Assembly (NCBI GenBank): GCA_049322915.1
Contig: JBMOPW010000045.1
Span: 116,203 to 180,202, forward strand
Source: Candidatus Zhuqueibacterota bacterium
Lineage (GTDB): Bacteria; Zhuqueibacterota; Zhuqueibacteria; Thermofontimicrobiales; Thermofontimicrobiaceae
Direction of reading: 5' to 3'
DNA length: 64,000 bases
Within the stretch, counting starts at the first letter, position 1. Each line of letters opens with the position of its first letter. The translations under genes were made by a program, and so were the position numbers. Positions 1 to 9,966 of this stretch are shown piece after piece. The notes under the pieces are model-generated. The model was not told the DNA's origin. It made no database searches and worked only from the letters and a program-made list of their open reading frames with translations.

Positions 1-998
1 TAGCCAGGTTCCGGGCCGAATGCATTGATCTTCCCGCCGGCGCCAGTGAAGTCGTGATAATTATCCACTGTTGGCGTGAATACCGCCCGATAATGGTCCT
101 CGGCATGATTCCCTGATGAATTGACCCACGTGATGCCGCTCGCGATAGCCTCGGCAACGATATCGCACGCAGGGCCCGTGCCATCGTAGTAGGATTGCAA
201 AAACCAGCTCATGGAGTGATTCACAATTTGAACGCCATTTGCGATACAGGCGTCCTTTGCATTTTCAAGGTCGGTCAGATCATCAATTTTATACAGATAA
301 AATTGGGCATGAGGAACAATATCGTAAACAGCCTCAGCCACAGCGGTCCCATGTTCGGTATCTGTTTGCAGCCCTGAACCGGAAAAATCCTGGCTGGTGT
401 AGGTCGCTGGAATATCGCCGTTGCTCTGGGCGTCGGTTAATTTTTCAAAACCGCCGTCAATGATGGCGACTTTGACTCCGGCGCCCTGATACCCTTCTGC
501 CTGCCAGGTATCGGCATTCATCAGCGCGATGCCTTCGCTCTGGATGGCGTCAGGAACGGGTTTAACCTGCTCTTTCACCATACCGATCCGCGCCAATTTT
601 TCTGCAAAATTTTCCAGGCGGGCGATGGGCACCAGCACTCGCATCGAATGGCGGGCTCTTGCCTGAACCACAGCCTGCACCTGACCAAAATCTTGTCCGT
701 CGAAGACTTCCGTTGTCTTTCCAGCTTTGGGCATGAGCGTCACCACGACTTTATCTCCCTGCACCTTGATGTTTGCCCGGTCGGCATAAGTGCGGTAGTC
801 CTGGTTTTGCTGAAAGGTATCTACAAGCTTTTTCAAAGCCGGGGGTAAAATAGATCGGTCCGTATTGCTTTCAATGCTCGTTACGTTCTTGATCTGAAAA
901 CTATCCATTCTGCCCACTTTCAAATTTTGGGCAAAAATAAAATTTACAATCATGAAACTCAACATTGGTATAAAAAAATTCGTCACCCTTTGATGCAT
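1..998 (-). CDS. Secreted subtilisin-like S8 serine protease, N-terminal part (continues beyond the window start)
   Basis: Not in the ORF track because it has no stop in the window. Manual translation from ATG at 998 (GGAGG RBS upstream) gives a signal-like N-terminus, then GYQGAGVKVAIIDGGF (catalytic Asp), TEHGTAVAE (catalytic His), IVNHSMSW and WVNSSGN (oxyanion Asn). Confidence 0.88.
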   Translation of the reverse strand, partial: MHQRVTNFFIPMLSFMIVNFIFAQNLKVGRMDSFQIKNVTSIESNTDRSILPPALKKLVDTFQQNQDYRTYADRANIKVQGDKVVVTLMPKAGKTTEVFDGQDFGQVQAVVQARARHSMRVLVPIARLENFAEKLARIGMVKEQVKPVPDAIQSEGIALMNADTWQAEGYQGAGVKVAIIDGGFEKLTDAQSNGDIPATYTSQDFSGSGLQTDTEHGTAVAEAVYDIVPHAQFYLYKIDDLTDLENAKDACIANGVQIVNHSMSWFLQSYYDGTGPACDIVAEAIASGITWVNSSGNHAEDHYRAVFTPTVDNYHDFTGAGGKINAFGPEPG

Positions 999-1256
999 AT
1001 TTTCCTCCGAGTTGTGGACGGTATGAACTGCTCCAGGTCGTTTCCATGAATTAGGTCATTTGGAGGATGGAGCCAGTCACATCGACCGTGCGCGTCTGAA
1101 TGGTTCAATTCATAACAGGAAAAATTACCGGCAAATATTAATAAATGCTGAAATAAAAATTGCTATTATTTAACTAAATGACTGAGGACAGATTCAAAAA
1201 ACCGACCCGATAAGAAATGCTCGTTCGTGGAAATTCTGCCTTACTATTTTTGAATT

Positions 1257-1288
1257 AAAAAGGCAGGCCCGGTACAGGGCACTGCCTT
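1257..1288 (-). terminator. Rho-independent terminator of the FG-GAP protein gene
   Basis: Minus strand reads AAGGCAGTGCCC-TGTACC-GGGCCTGCC followed by a T run, about 70 bp downstream of the stop at 1356. Confidence 0.7.
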
Positions 1289-1355
1289 ATCGTGTCGAAA
1301 AAACTTTTCCTCACAAGGTCATGTCGACTTACTTTTCGTCAACATTCCCTTTCGA

Positions 1356-4300
1356 TCATTTGGCAAAAATGAGCTTCATCGATTTTTGGAAATTGCCCGA
1401 TTTCATTTTGCAGAAATAGACGCCCGAACTGACCAGCCGTCCGAAATTATCCTGACCATTCCAGGTGACCTGGTGATAGCCGGCGCCCTGATTTTCGTCG
1501 GCCAGCGTTCGAACCAATCGGCCCGAAATATCATAAATCTGAACCGTGACAAATGCAGTCTGGGGCAGACCATAGCTGATCTTCGTCTCGGGATTGAACG
1601 GATTGGGATAGTTCTGCAGCAGGTTGAATTCTTTGGGCAGCTCGCTCAGATTCACGCCAGCCACGCGGGTGGCGCCGGTCAATTGAATGGACCCTGCATC
1701 GTCCGAACCATCGCTGCTCAGCACAACCACAGCCGAACCGTACAAACCATTCTCTTCATCGGTCAATGTCACAATCAGACTATCGCCAATGTTCCAGTTC
1801 GCGGCGAAATTGCTCACGCCGACGTACCAGTAATTTTTGTCAATGCCAACGCCGACTTGACCTGTGGTCAGCACTTGCCCGGGTCGACTGGAAATCCAGG
1901 CGCGCAGCGTCAGTTTTTCAACATCGGGGTGCTGAATCTGTCCGAAGACGGTGTGCGGAATATTGCCGCCAGCCAGCGATTTGTCAGGCCTGAACCCTGC
2001 TCCCTGAACCTGTGGCGCAGAGGCAAGTAGTTCGCCTTCGCCGTAATCGGGCCAGGTTGTCGGGGCTGTGATGCTGATGGAGTAGGGATAACCAGCCCGC
2101 ACGGCAAAATTATTGAATGGCAATCCCACCACATGGCCCAGCGTTCCCTGACCAGCCGCGTCCCACAAATAGACGTCGGTGCAGTTGGGAATGTTCACGC
2201 CCAACTGGTCGGCGGTGGTCAGTACCGCTTTGGCCAATGGCACGCCGATGCGGTTGATGTCCGTGCCGCTGGTAGTGACCAGATTGAAGCTGACATTGTC
2301 GTACGAGCCAGCCACAGTCCAGACAGTATCTTTGGTCACGCTGACAGAATAGGCATACCCGGGTTGAACCGCAAAATTATTGAACGGCAGCCCTTTGACA
2401 TGGCCGACCGTGCCCTGACCGCTGGCGTCCCACCAGTAAACATCGGAGCAATAGGGAATGGCCTGCGCCAGGTTTTCGGCAGTGGCGATGGATCGGCGCG
2501 TGTCCGCGGTGTTCATGATCAAAACGATGCGGTTGATATCGGTGCCGCTTGTGGTGACCAACTGGTAGTCGAATTCGCCTGCCACGTTGGAGGGTTCAAA
2601 TTCTTCGCCGGAGACGGCTGTGACTTTGTAGAAGTAGTTCGTAGCGACATCGCCGACGACATTGGCGCCATTGCCGGTATCGGTCCATTGAATGCCGGCC
2701 GTGCCAGCGTCTTCATCGGTGATGTTCGCCGCAATGCGATTGGTTCCGGCAGCGACATCCGGGACGAAATCGAATGTGGTACCGCGGTACACATTGTAGG
2801 TGGTGATTCCTTCGGCAGCGCTCCATTCCAGTAAAATATTCTCTGTCATATTGGATGCGCGAAGGTCCGTGATGCTGACACCGACTTTGGTGAAATTAGC
2901 TGTCACGGTCTCATTGGAATTCATTGTGACTGTGGTCTCATCGTCATTGGCATCAGCGACATTCCCTGACCAGTTTTGAAATTCATAACCGGGATTCGCT
3001 GTGGCATTTATATCGACGATGGTTCCTGCGTCATAAGGATGGTCTCCGGGAGTTGGCGCAGTGGTTCCGCCCGCAACCGGATTGGCAACCATTGTAAGCG
3101 TGTAGACGATCTGCGAAATGGTGAACACAGCGTCGCTCTGATCCGCTGGCGTGCCGTCGGTGTCCGATACTTTCACGAGACATGTCGCTGACGGCGCATT
3201 GGGAATTGTCCAGTCGAACGAGCCGTCGTCCGTTGTCGAAGCAGTGACATCGGCCCAGTTAGCGCCGTTGTCCGTGCTGTATTCGATGTGCACGTTGCCA
3301 CTGGTTTTATTCGAAGTCCAGGTGATGGCATGGCTGGAACCGACTTCCCAGTCTTCTGCGCCATTGGGCGCGGTGACGGTGATGAACGGCGTCTGCGAAA
3401 TAGTGAAAACTGCGTCGCTCTGATCCGTGGGCGTGCCGTCGGTGTCCGATACTTTCACGAGACAATTTGCCGATGGCGCATTGGGAATTGTCCAGTCAAA
3501 GGAGCCATCGTCGGTTGTGGACGCAGTGACGTCAGCCCAGTTAGAGCCGCTGTCGGTGCTGTATTCGATGTGCACTGTGCCGCTGGTACTTTCTGACGTC
3601 CAGGTGATGGATTGACTGGTCCCGACTTCCCAGTCTTCTGCGCCATTCGGTGCGGTCACGGTTATTGATGCTACTTCTGATATTGTGAACGTTGCATCAC
3701 TCTCGTCTGATGGATCGCTATCCGTGTCAGTCACGCGCACGAGGCAGAGGGTCGATGGCGCATTGGGCACCGTCCAGGTATAGCTGCCGTCGTCCGTTGT
3801 TGAAGCTACAACGTCAGCCCAGTTGGAGCCGTTGTCCGTGCTGTATTCGATGTGCACCGTGCCGCTGGTTTCATCGGAACTCCATGTAATATCGTGACTG
3901 CTGCCAATCTGCCAGTCTTCGCCACCGTTGGGCGAAGTCACTGCAATGCTCTCGCCGCCAGCGGCTTCGGTGATGGTCAGAATTTGATCGACCGCAACAT
4001 TGGTCAGAGTCTGAATAATACCGGACGGCCACTCCACTTTTATTTCACTGATGGTCGTTGCATTACCCAAACCGAAGTGCGCTTGAAGGCTATTGTGACT
4101 TGCGTAGCCTGTCTCAGTATTGATATCGCGCAACTGCCAGACTACGGAAGAGTTGATCGTGGCTTTCACTTTCACTTTGGCGCCGATGCCTGCTTTGTTG
4201 GAAACAGTGCCGGCGCAATTGATGGTGATCCAGTGGTTGGTGTTGCCCAAATTGGGGCTGTTGTTTTCGTAGAGCATGTTAGCGCCGTAACGAGAGGTTA

Positions 4301-5477
4301 CCATGTCTAAAAATCCATCGTTGTTGTAATCGGCAAAGGCGACACCGTACACAAATGTGGAATCAGTGGCCCCACTGGTTGTGTTCGAAGAGAATGTGCC
4401 ATCGCCATTATTGATGTACAAATAGCTGGAAGCGGTCGTCGGATCGCCAACGGATCCCACAAACATATCCAGATCCCCGTCGTTATCAACGTCGCCCCAG
4501 GCGCTGCCCGTGGAGAATGCTAAATCTGTAACGATTGGCCCGGCTGTTGTATTTCGTGTGAATGTACCATCGCCATTATTCTGGTACAGGAAATTGGCTT
4601 CGGGTGCTGACTCTGATTCCCCATAATTGGTGAAATACAGGTCCATATCGCCGTCATTATCGTAATCGCCCCAGCTACATGCCTGTGTGTCGCCTTCATC
4701 AAAAATATCCAGCTTGGTGAAAACAGCGCCACCATCGTTTCGCCACAAAAAATTGTTGGGCCCACTGCCACCGGCGACGGCAAGATCGATATCACCATCA
4801 TCATCAAAATCGGTCCAACTGGAGCTGCCGATGAATGTTGCTCCGGCGGCGCCAACAATATCTGCACTGGTGATTTTCGTGAAGGTTTTATTTCCGTTGT
4901 TTTGATAGAGGGAGTTATTCTGTTTAGCCCACCAGCCGTTATGAACATAGAGGTCGATATATCCATCATTATTATAATCACCCCAGGCGCAGGTTGCTGA
5001 AAATTCAGCATCTGTTACAGGGGGCCCGGCTGTGAGATTCTTCGTGAAGGATTCGTCCCCATTATTTTCGTACAGGAAATTCTGCCGCTGCAAATCAAAG
5101 GGATTCCCCGTATTGGTGGTCACATACAGGTCCAGGTCGTTGTCATTGTCAAAATCGCCCCAGGCGCATCCGCCGGAAGTGAACTGATCCGTGACAATAG
5201 CCCCGGTGGTAATTTTCTCAAAACTGCCGTTCCCGAGGTTTTTGAACAGAAAGTTCACCTGTTTGGCTTGTTCTTCCCCGTTGGTAATGTACAGGTCCTG
5301 AAACCCATCCTTGTTATAGTCGCCCCAGGCGATTGCTTTTGATGAGCCATCCACAGGTCCGAACGGCTTTTTTTCGATGAAAAGACTTTGCGCGTGGACG
5401 ATTGATGCGAATGACAATAATACCACGACCAGCAAAATCAATTGTAACTTTGGTAAATGAAGACTTCTCATTTTCAT
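1356..5477 (-). CDS. Large secreted FG-GAP repeat / ASPIC-UnbV protein with Ig-like repeats and a T9SS-like (FlgD-Ig) C-terminal domain
   Basis: Signal peptide; about 7 repeats of AWGDYxNDGxxDLY; ASPIC/UnbV-like GIGAKVKV...HFGLG...VEWPSG; three ITVTxPNGxEDWxxG Ig-like modules; an InlB B-repeat-like segment (ATANPGYEFQNWSG); C-terminal LLQNYPNPFNPETKISY. Confidence 0.88.
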   Translation of the reverse strand: MKMRSLHLPKLQLILLVVVLLSFASIVHAQSLFIEKKPFGPVDGSSKAIAWGDYNKDGFQDLYITNGEEQAKQVNFLFKNLGNGSFEKITTGAIVTDQFTSGGCAWGDFDNDNDLDLYVTTNTGNPFDLQRQNFLYENNGDESFTKNLTAGPPVTDAEFSATCAWGDYNNDGYIDLYVHNGWWAKQNNSLYQNNGNKTFTKITSADIVGAAGATFIGSSSWTDFDDDGDIDLAVAGGSGPNNFLWRNDGGAVFTKLDIFDEGDTQACSWGDYDNDGDMDLYFTNYGESESAPEANFLYQNNGDGTFTRNTTAGPIVTDLAFSTGSAWGDVDNDGDLDMFVGSVGDPTTASSYLYINNGDGTFSSNTTSGATDSTFVYGVAFADYNNDGFLDMVTSRYGANMLYENNSPNLGNTNHWITINCAGTVSNKAGIGAKVKVKATINSSVVWQLRDINTETGYASHNSLQAHFGLGNATTISEIKVEWPSGIIQTLTNVAVDQILTITEAAGGESIAVTSPNGGEDWQIGSSHDITWSSDETSGTVHIEYSTDNGSNWADVVASTTDDGSYTWTVPNAPSTLCLVRVTDTDSDPSDESDATFTISEVASITVTAPNGAEDWEVGTSQSITWTSESTSGTVHIEYSTDSGSNWADVTASTTDDGSFDWTIPNAPSANCLVKVSDTDGTPTDQSDAVFTISQTPFITVTAPNGAEDWEVGSSHAITWTSNKTSGNVHIEYSTDNGANWADVTASTTDDGSFDWTIPNAPSATCLVKVSDTDGTPADQSDAVFTISQIVYTLTMVANPVAGGTTAPTPGDHPYDAGTIVDINATANPGYEFQNWSGNVADANDDETTVTMNSNETVTANFTKVGVSITDLRASNMTENILLEWSAAEGITTYNVYRGTTFDFVPDVAAGTNRIAANITDEDAGTAGIQWTDTGNGANVVGDVATNYFYKVTAVSGEEFEPSNVAGEFDYQLVTTSGTDINRIVLIMNTADTRRSIATAENLAQAIPYCSDVYWWDASGQGTVGHVKGLPFNNFAVQPGYAYSVSVTKDTVWTVAGSYDNVSFNLVTTSGTDINRIGVPLAKAVLTTADQLGVNIPNCTDVYLWDAAGQGTLGHVVGLPFNNFAVRAGYPYSISITAPTTWPDYGEGELLASAPQVQGAGFRPDKSLAGGNIPHTVFGQIQHPDVEKLTLRAWISSRPGQVLTTGQVGVGIDKNYWYVGVSNFAANWNIGDSLIVTLTDEENGLYGSAVVVLSSDGSDDAGSIQLTGATRVAGVNLSELPKEFNLLQNYPNPFNPETKISYGLPQTAFVTVQIYDISGRLVRTLADENQGAGYHQVTWNGQDNFGRLVSSGVYFCKMKSGNFQKSMKLIFAK
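3110..3950 (-). repeat. Three tandem ~282-bp intragenic repeats encoding Ig-like modules
   Basis: GTGCCGTCGGTGTCCGATAC occurs at 3151 and 3433 (period 282); the third copy at ~3690-3950 is more diverged. Confidence 0.9.
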
Positions 5478-6111
5478 GTCCCTTTCATGACAATTAAGTG
5501 AGGTGAGTTATCGATCTGGGCCGTTCATCGCTATCAGGACGCTGGCAATACGTTTTCATGTGTCGTACTTCAGACACAACAAAATAGCCAGAGTCCGCGT
5601 CAGGCGAAATGAACAAGAATATGCCGATCGACGATTTCTGAGCCAGAAGGTCGCCGGCAGAAATTCAACACCTACATCACAGAACCTGGCAGGGCACTCA
5701 AGGGGATTCTGAATGCGACCGCTATGGGATGCGAGCGAGGTGGTCAACTGCCTGACTTGTCCCGATGGTCGGCCAGTCATTAAATTCTATGCATTGTTAT
5801 TCTCTCAGCGATTAAATCAGCTTTTTCTATTATCCGAAAATGAGGTAATACAAATCCGGGGAAAACTAACTTTGTGTAACAATTGTAATACCTCCAAAGC
5901 AGTATCATTCCGTAAAATTTAGAAATGTATTTGAGAAATTTTTTACTAATTGGCTGCTAATTGAGGGGTGGAAAATCATATCTACTCAATGGGAGCGGAG
6001 CGTGAGAGACGGGGTGATGTCGATTGTCCGTTCGATGGCTTTTGCCGGGTGAAAATATTATTGGATGAAATGGAGGATGTCATAGTGTTGGAAAATGCAC
6101 GCGAACGCCTG

Positions 6112-6146
6112 TCGCAAAGTTAGCGCCGGCTGCACTAACTTTGCGA
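6112..6146. terminator. Strong hairpin downstream of the 6208-7257 gene (terminator or REP-like)
   Basis: Perfect 12-bp inverted repeat TCGCAAAGTTAG / CTAACTTTGCGA; no clear U-tract. Confidence 0.5.
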
Positions 6147-6207
6147 GCGTCGAGTTGTGAAGGTCCTCGATAAAAGCGAGGTCAATATTCAGTAATTTTT
6201 TGGGAAA

Positions 6208-7257
6208 TCAGGGGAATTTTATCTCGATGCCAAATCGGGGCTTGCCCCTGAGTTTCAGTTTGAACGGATCCACATCGCGGGCGACGGCATCGCCGATCTG
6301 ATAGCCTGAATCAAGCGCCTGTGCGAATTCCAGGCTGTAGCCCACGAAGAGATGCAGGTCAATGAAGTCCAGCGGTATGCCGGCGCCGATGGCCAAAATC
6401 GGCTCGATGGTCTGCGAAATGCGCAGACCGCCGGACAGATGAAACGAAGTCGCCATTGTTTTGGCTTTTGTATCGACCGCTTTGAAATGGTAGTTGAATA
6501 CGCCGAACGAAGCCAGATCGCCCTTGGGCTTGGGGCGAACCACAATCGTGCCGCTATCAATGATGAAATCCACGTCGTTGACGCTGGTGATCGCGGTTGC
6601 AATGCCATAGCTCCATCTTTCGAGCGACGTGTTATCAAATGTCGCTTTGGCCAAAAACCTGTCGTCGTAGAAATCTTTTTTCACGATGACGGAGATATCG
6701 CAATTCTTGTGGAATGTCTTTGGGACTTCATATTTTCGAATATCCAGCCATGTCGTGTATTGGCTTTCTGTCTGGATTTTCAGGCCTGAAAAGATAGGGA
6801 AGAGGGAGATGAAGTTGATTAAATTCTCCTCAAAATAGGACGACTTCCGCGTGACCACGGTGGATAGATAGGACTCTTTCAATTGATCCCGCGAAATGAA
6901 AATGTAGTACAGCGAGTCTGCGCCCAGCCCGTAGAGGCGCGTGTCGTGAAAATGAGAATCCCCGTGAATCATTCCAATCGGTGATTCCGACGGTGTGAAA
7001 TTCGCCACCACGATGTAGTAGTTATTTTTCTTGAGCTGAAATCCGGATAGTTCAATCAGTTTTTTCAGACTATCCGAAGCCCACTCGGTGTACCCGTCGC
7101 GATAAAATCGCCAGGCTTTGCCAAACAGATCCTGAGAATCATCGACGATGAACGGAGAGTTATTAACCGGCCGGGGGACCAGGATCATCTGATCCTGGGA
7201 GAAAGACAGATGACTCACGAGAAAAAGGATGACCAGAATAAAGTGACGTTTTTTCAT
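6208..7257 (-). CDS. Hypothetical exported protein, possibly with an outer-membrane beta-strand C-terminus
   Basis: 349-aa ORF with a signal peptide (MKKRHFILVILFLVSHLSFS); C-terminal half has alternating hydrophobic residues ending RFGIEIKFP. Confidence 0.7.
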   Translation of the reverse strand: MKKRHFILVILFLVSHLSFSQDQMILVPRPVNNSPFIVDDSQDLFGKAWRFYRDGYTEWASDSLKKLIELSGFQLKKNNYYIVVANFTPSESPIGMIHGDSHFHDTRLYGLGADSLYYIFISRDQLKESYLSTVVTRKSSYFEENLINFISLFPIFSGLKIQTESQYTTWLDIRKYEVPKTFHKNCDISVIVKKDFYDDRFLAKATFDNTSLERWSYGIATAITSVNDVDFIIDSGTIVVRPKPKGDLASFGVFNYHFKAVDTKAKTMATSFHLSGGLRISQTIEPILAIGAGIPLDFIDLHLFVGYSLEFAQALDSGYQIGDAVARDVDPFKLKLRGKPRFGIEIKFP

Positions 7258-7504
7258 TTTTGAGCCCTCATGTTATTATGGTGTTCAGGAACAGTATTTG
7301 AAATATATAGTGAAAGCGTTTCCGGCAATGGGCGGGTACTTTTGAATCAGCCCGGACAATTCACTCGCCCGAACGGGCGCGGCTATTTTCTGCGATGAAA
7401 AAAAGTTCAGCAGATGACGAAAAGGGGATTTGCGCACCATTCGAATTGCAATACGCCAGACCAGACATGCTTCACTCGACTTCAATGTGTCGGTAATGTG
7501 TCCT

Positions 7505-7533
7505 ATTTTACTATAATCTCATTAAAATTGCAA
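7505..7533 (-). promoter_or_regulatory. Candidate sigma70 promoter for the 6208-7257 gene
   Basis: TTGCAA-17 nt-TAAAAT on the minus strand. Confidence 0.45.
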
Positions 7534-7602
7534 GATAATATTTCAGCTCTCTGAAAATAATTGTAACTGATTCGTCATTTAAAGTATCCAAAGATTGCCG
7601 AC

Positions 7603-7690
7603 CGATCGTTCGGGATATTCATCCCAAACATTGCGGCTGTTCCGGGACATACGTCGCAGGCATTACACTTGCTGGATGTGTGTCCAGCAA
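7603..7690 (-). repeat. Dispersed ~90-bp three-hairpin element, copy 1
   Basis: Reverse complement reads TTGCTGGA-CACACA-TCCAGCAA...GACGTATGTCCCGGAAC...GTTTGGGATGAATATCCCGAACGATCG and aligns with 39424-39510 and 63911-64000. Confidence 0.85.
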
Positions 7691-7777
7691 GGGCAGGAAA
7701 TAGTATTTCAGTACTTCATTCCCCCAAAAAAAAATTTCAAACAATTGAAACAAATTCAATTTTACATCGTTTCATCG

Positions 7778-7794
7778 AATGACTTTCGGTCATT
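7778..7794. promoter_or_regulatory. Candidate TetR operator
   Basis: Palindrome AATGAC-TTTCG-GTCATT about 60 bp upstream of the TetR start codon. Confidence 0.5.
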
Positions 7795-7851
7795 TTATTG
7801 ATGAATATCAATTGAATTAAAATTAATTTAATACATTTATAGAGGACAATC

Positions 7852-8499
7852 ATGGGAATAACGGAGCGGAAGGAACGAGAAAAAGAACAGCGATACAACG
7901 ACATTGTTGATGCGGCTGAGCGCGTATTTTTCAGCAAAGGCCGGCATCTGGCAACGATGGATGATGTCGCTAAAGAAGCTGAATTAAGCAAAGGCACGCT
8001 TTATTTATATTTTAAAAATAAAGAAGATTTGTATCTGGCGATCAATTTGCGGGGTTTCAAAATTCTTCGGGAAAAGTTCGAACGGGCGGCTGCCACCGAA
8101 GAAATTGGTCTCAAAAAAACGAAAGCCATTGGTCAAGCGTATTATCAATTTTATTCAGAATATCCCAAGTATTTTGAAGCACTCATCTATTTTGAATCCC
8201 ATGATATGACGTTACAGGATGAAAGTAGCATTGCCGCGACTTGTGCAGAAGAAGGTCATAACGCGCTGGAAATTCTGATCGATGCGCTGAAGACTGGAAT
8301 TGCCGATGGCTCAATCCGCCCGGATATCGATCCGGTTCATACTGCAATTATTCTCTGGGGCCAATCTTCCGGCATTATCCAATTGCTTTCATTGAAAGGG
8401 GAGCATCTGAGTAAGCTTCATAAAATTACTTTATCGGAAATAATGGAAGACTTTTATGGGCTGATTTATTACTCTCTTAAAATCAATAGCGTTCAGTAA
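7852..8499 (+). CDS. TetR/AcrR family transcriptional regulator
   Basis: N-terminal HTH: IVDAAERVFFSKG...TMDDVAKEAELSKGTLYLYFKNKEDL; AGAGGA RBS. Confidence 0.95.
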   Translation: MGITERKEREKEQRYNDIVDAAERVFFSKGRHLATMDDVAKEAELSKGTLYLYFKNKEDLYLAINLRGFKILREKFERAAATEEIGLKKTKAIGQAYYQFYSEYPKYFEALIYFESHDMTLQDESSIAATCAEEGHNALEILIDALKTGIADGSIRPDIDPVHTAIILWGQSSGIIQLLSLKGEHLSKLHKITLSEIMEDFYGLIYYSLKINSVQ

Positions 8500-8547
8500 A
8501 ACATACACAAGAATCAATGTTTCTTAAATCCAATAAGGAGAAATAAA

Positions 8548-9897
8548 ATGCAGCAGTTTCGATTCATATTTTTTTTCCTTTGCTTTACATCAATTTCGAT
8601 AGCTCAGGAGGATATCCTGGAAAAATATGTCCAGCAAGGTCTGTCCAACAATTTGGCGTTGAAGCAAAAGCAATTTTCCTTTGAGCAAAGCATGGAAGCG
8701 CTGAAACAAGCGCGCGGCTTGTTTCTGCCGACAGTCAATATTGAAGCGCGTTATTCCCGATCCGGTGGTGGTCGAGTGATTGAAATACCGATTGGCGATT
8801 TGATGAATCCGGTTTATGGTTCATTGAATCAGTTGATTGGTCAGCCGGTTTTTCCAACGGATTTGCCCAATGAACGGATTCCCTTTTTGCGGGAAAAAGA
8901 ACACGACACCAAAATTCGGGTGATACAACCGCTGTTCCAGGCGCCGATTTATTATAATTATAAAATTCAATCCGATCTGAAGCAGATCGAGTCCGCTGCT
9001 GTGGGAATTTACAAACAACAGTTAACTGAAGATATTCAAACCGCTTATTTCACCTATCTCAAGGCGCATCATGTTGTCGATCTCTTCCAGAAGACGCTGG
9101 CATTGGTCAATGAAAATTTGAGAGTCAGCGAAAAATTAGTTCAGAATAGCCAGGCCACCGAGGATATTGTTTTTCGGGCACGGGCTGAACGCAGCGCTGT
9201 CGAGCAAAATTTACTTGATGCCGGGAAGAATGAAAAAATCGCCGCCGCCTATTTCAACTTCTTACTCAATCAACCATTGGATACACCGATTGTTATCATC
9301 GACGATTCCTGGCAGCCGCGGGAAAGCCAGTTTACGCTGGAGGAGGCGCAAACAGCGGCGTTAGCAAATCGGCTCGAATTCCGGCAGTTAACCAGCGCCA
9401 TCGGAGCAGCAGATAATACGGTCAGATTGAATACCGGATCATTTTTACCGGGAATTTCCGGTGTGTTCGATTATGGCTTTCAGGGCGAGGAATATCAATT
9501 CACCGAAAAAGATGACTACTGGATGGCGTCGCTCGTCCTGCAATGGAACCTGTTTCATGGTTTTCAGGACAAATCGAAAATCACCAGCGCGCGCCTGGAA
9601 CGAAATAAAATAACGGCCCAGTTGGACGAACTGACCAATCAAATCAAATTGCAGGTTCAGGACGCATTCGATAATTTGACGGTTGCACGGCAGGCAATTG
9701 TGAGCGCCAATGAACGGTTAGCCAGCGCCCGGAATTCATTTCGAATCGTCACCAGGAAATATGAGCAAGGCATGGCGCCTCAGATCGAATATCTGGATGC
9801 CCGAACTACGTACACGAACGCGGAAGTCAATTACATCATTTCCAAATTTGATTATTTCATAAAATACGCACACCTGGAACGGGTTGTGGCGCGGTGA
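8548..9897 (+). CDS. TolC family outer membrane efflux protein
   Basis: Signal peptide, two OEP-like halves (GLSNNLALK / ALANRLEF, KYEQGMAPQIEYLDA), and position in the efflux operon. Confidence 0.92.
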   Translation: MQQFRFIFFFLCFTSISIAQEDILEKYVQQGLSNNLALKQKQFSFEQSMEALKQARGLFLPTVNIEARYSRSGGGRVIEIPIGDLMNPVYGSLNQLIGQPVFPTDLPNERIPFLREKEHDTKIRVIQPLFQAPIYYNYKIQSDLKQIESAAVGIYKQQLTEDIQTAYFTYLKAHHVVDLFQKTLALVNENLRVSEKLVQNSQATEDIVFRARAERSAVEQNLLDAGKNEKIAAAYFNFLLNQPLDTPIVIIDDSWQPRESQFTLEEAQTAALANRLEFRQLTSAIGAADNTVRLNTGSFLPGISGVFDYGFQGEEYQFTEKDDYWMASLVLQWNLFHGFQDKSKITSARLERNKITAQLDELTNQIKLQVQDAFDNLTVARQAIVSANERLASARNSFRIVTRKYEQGMAPQIEYLDARTTYTNAEVNYIISKFDYFIKYAHLERVVAR

Positions 9898-9966
9898 ATA
9901 TGCAATTCATGAATGGCATCTACTAAAATAAAAATTCGATACTCTATCGCTTACAAGGAGAAACAA

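Noticed and set aside
5480..6200. Riboswitch in the long leader of the FG-GAP gene
   Set aside because: No recognisable c-di-GMP, cobalamin, TPP or SAM consensus by eye; an Rfam scan is needed to exclude one.
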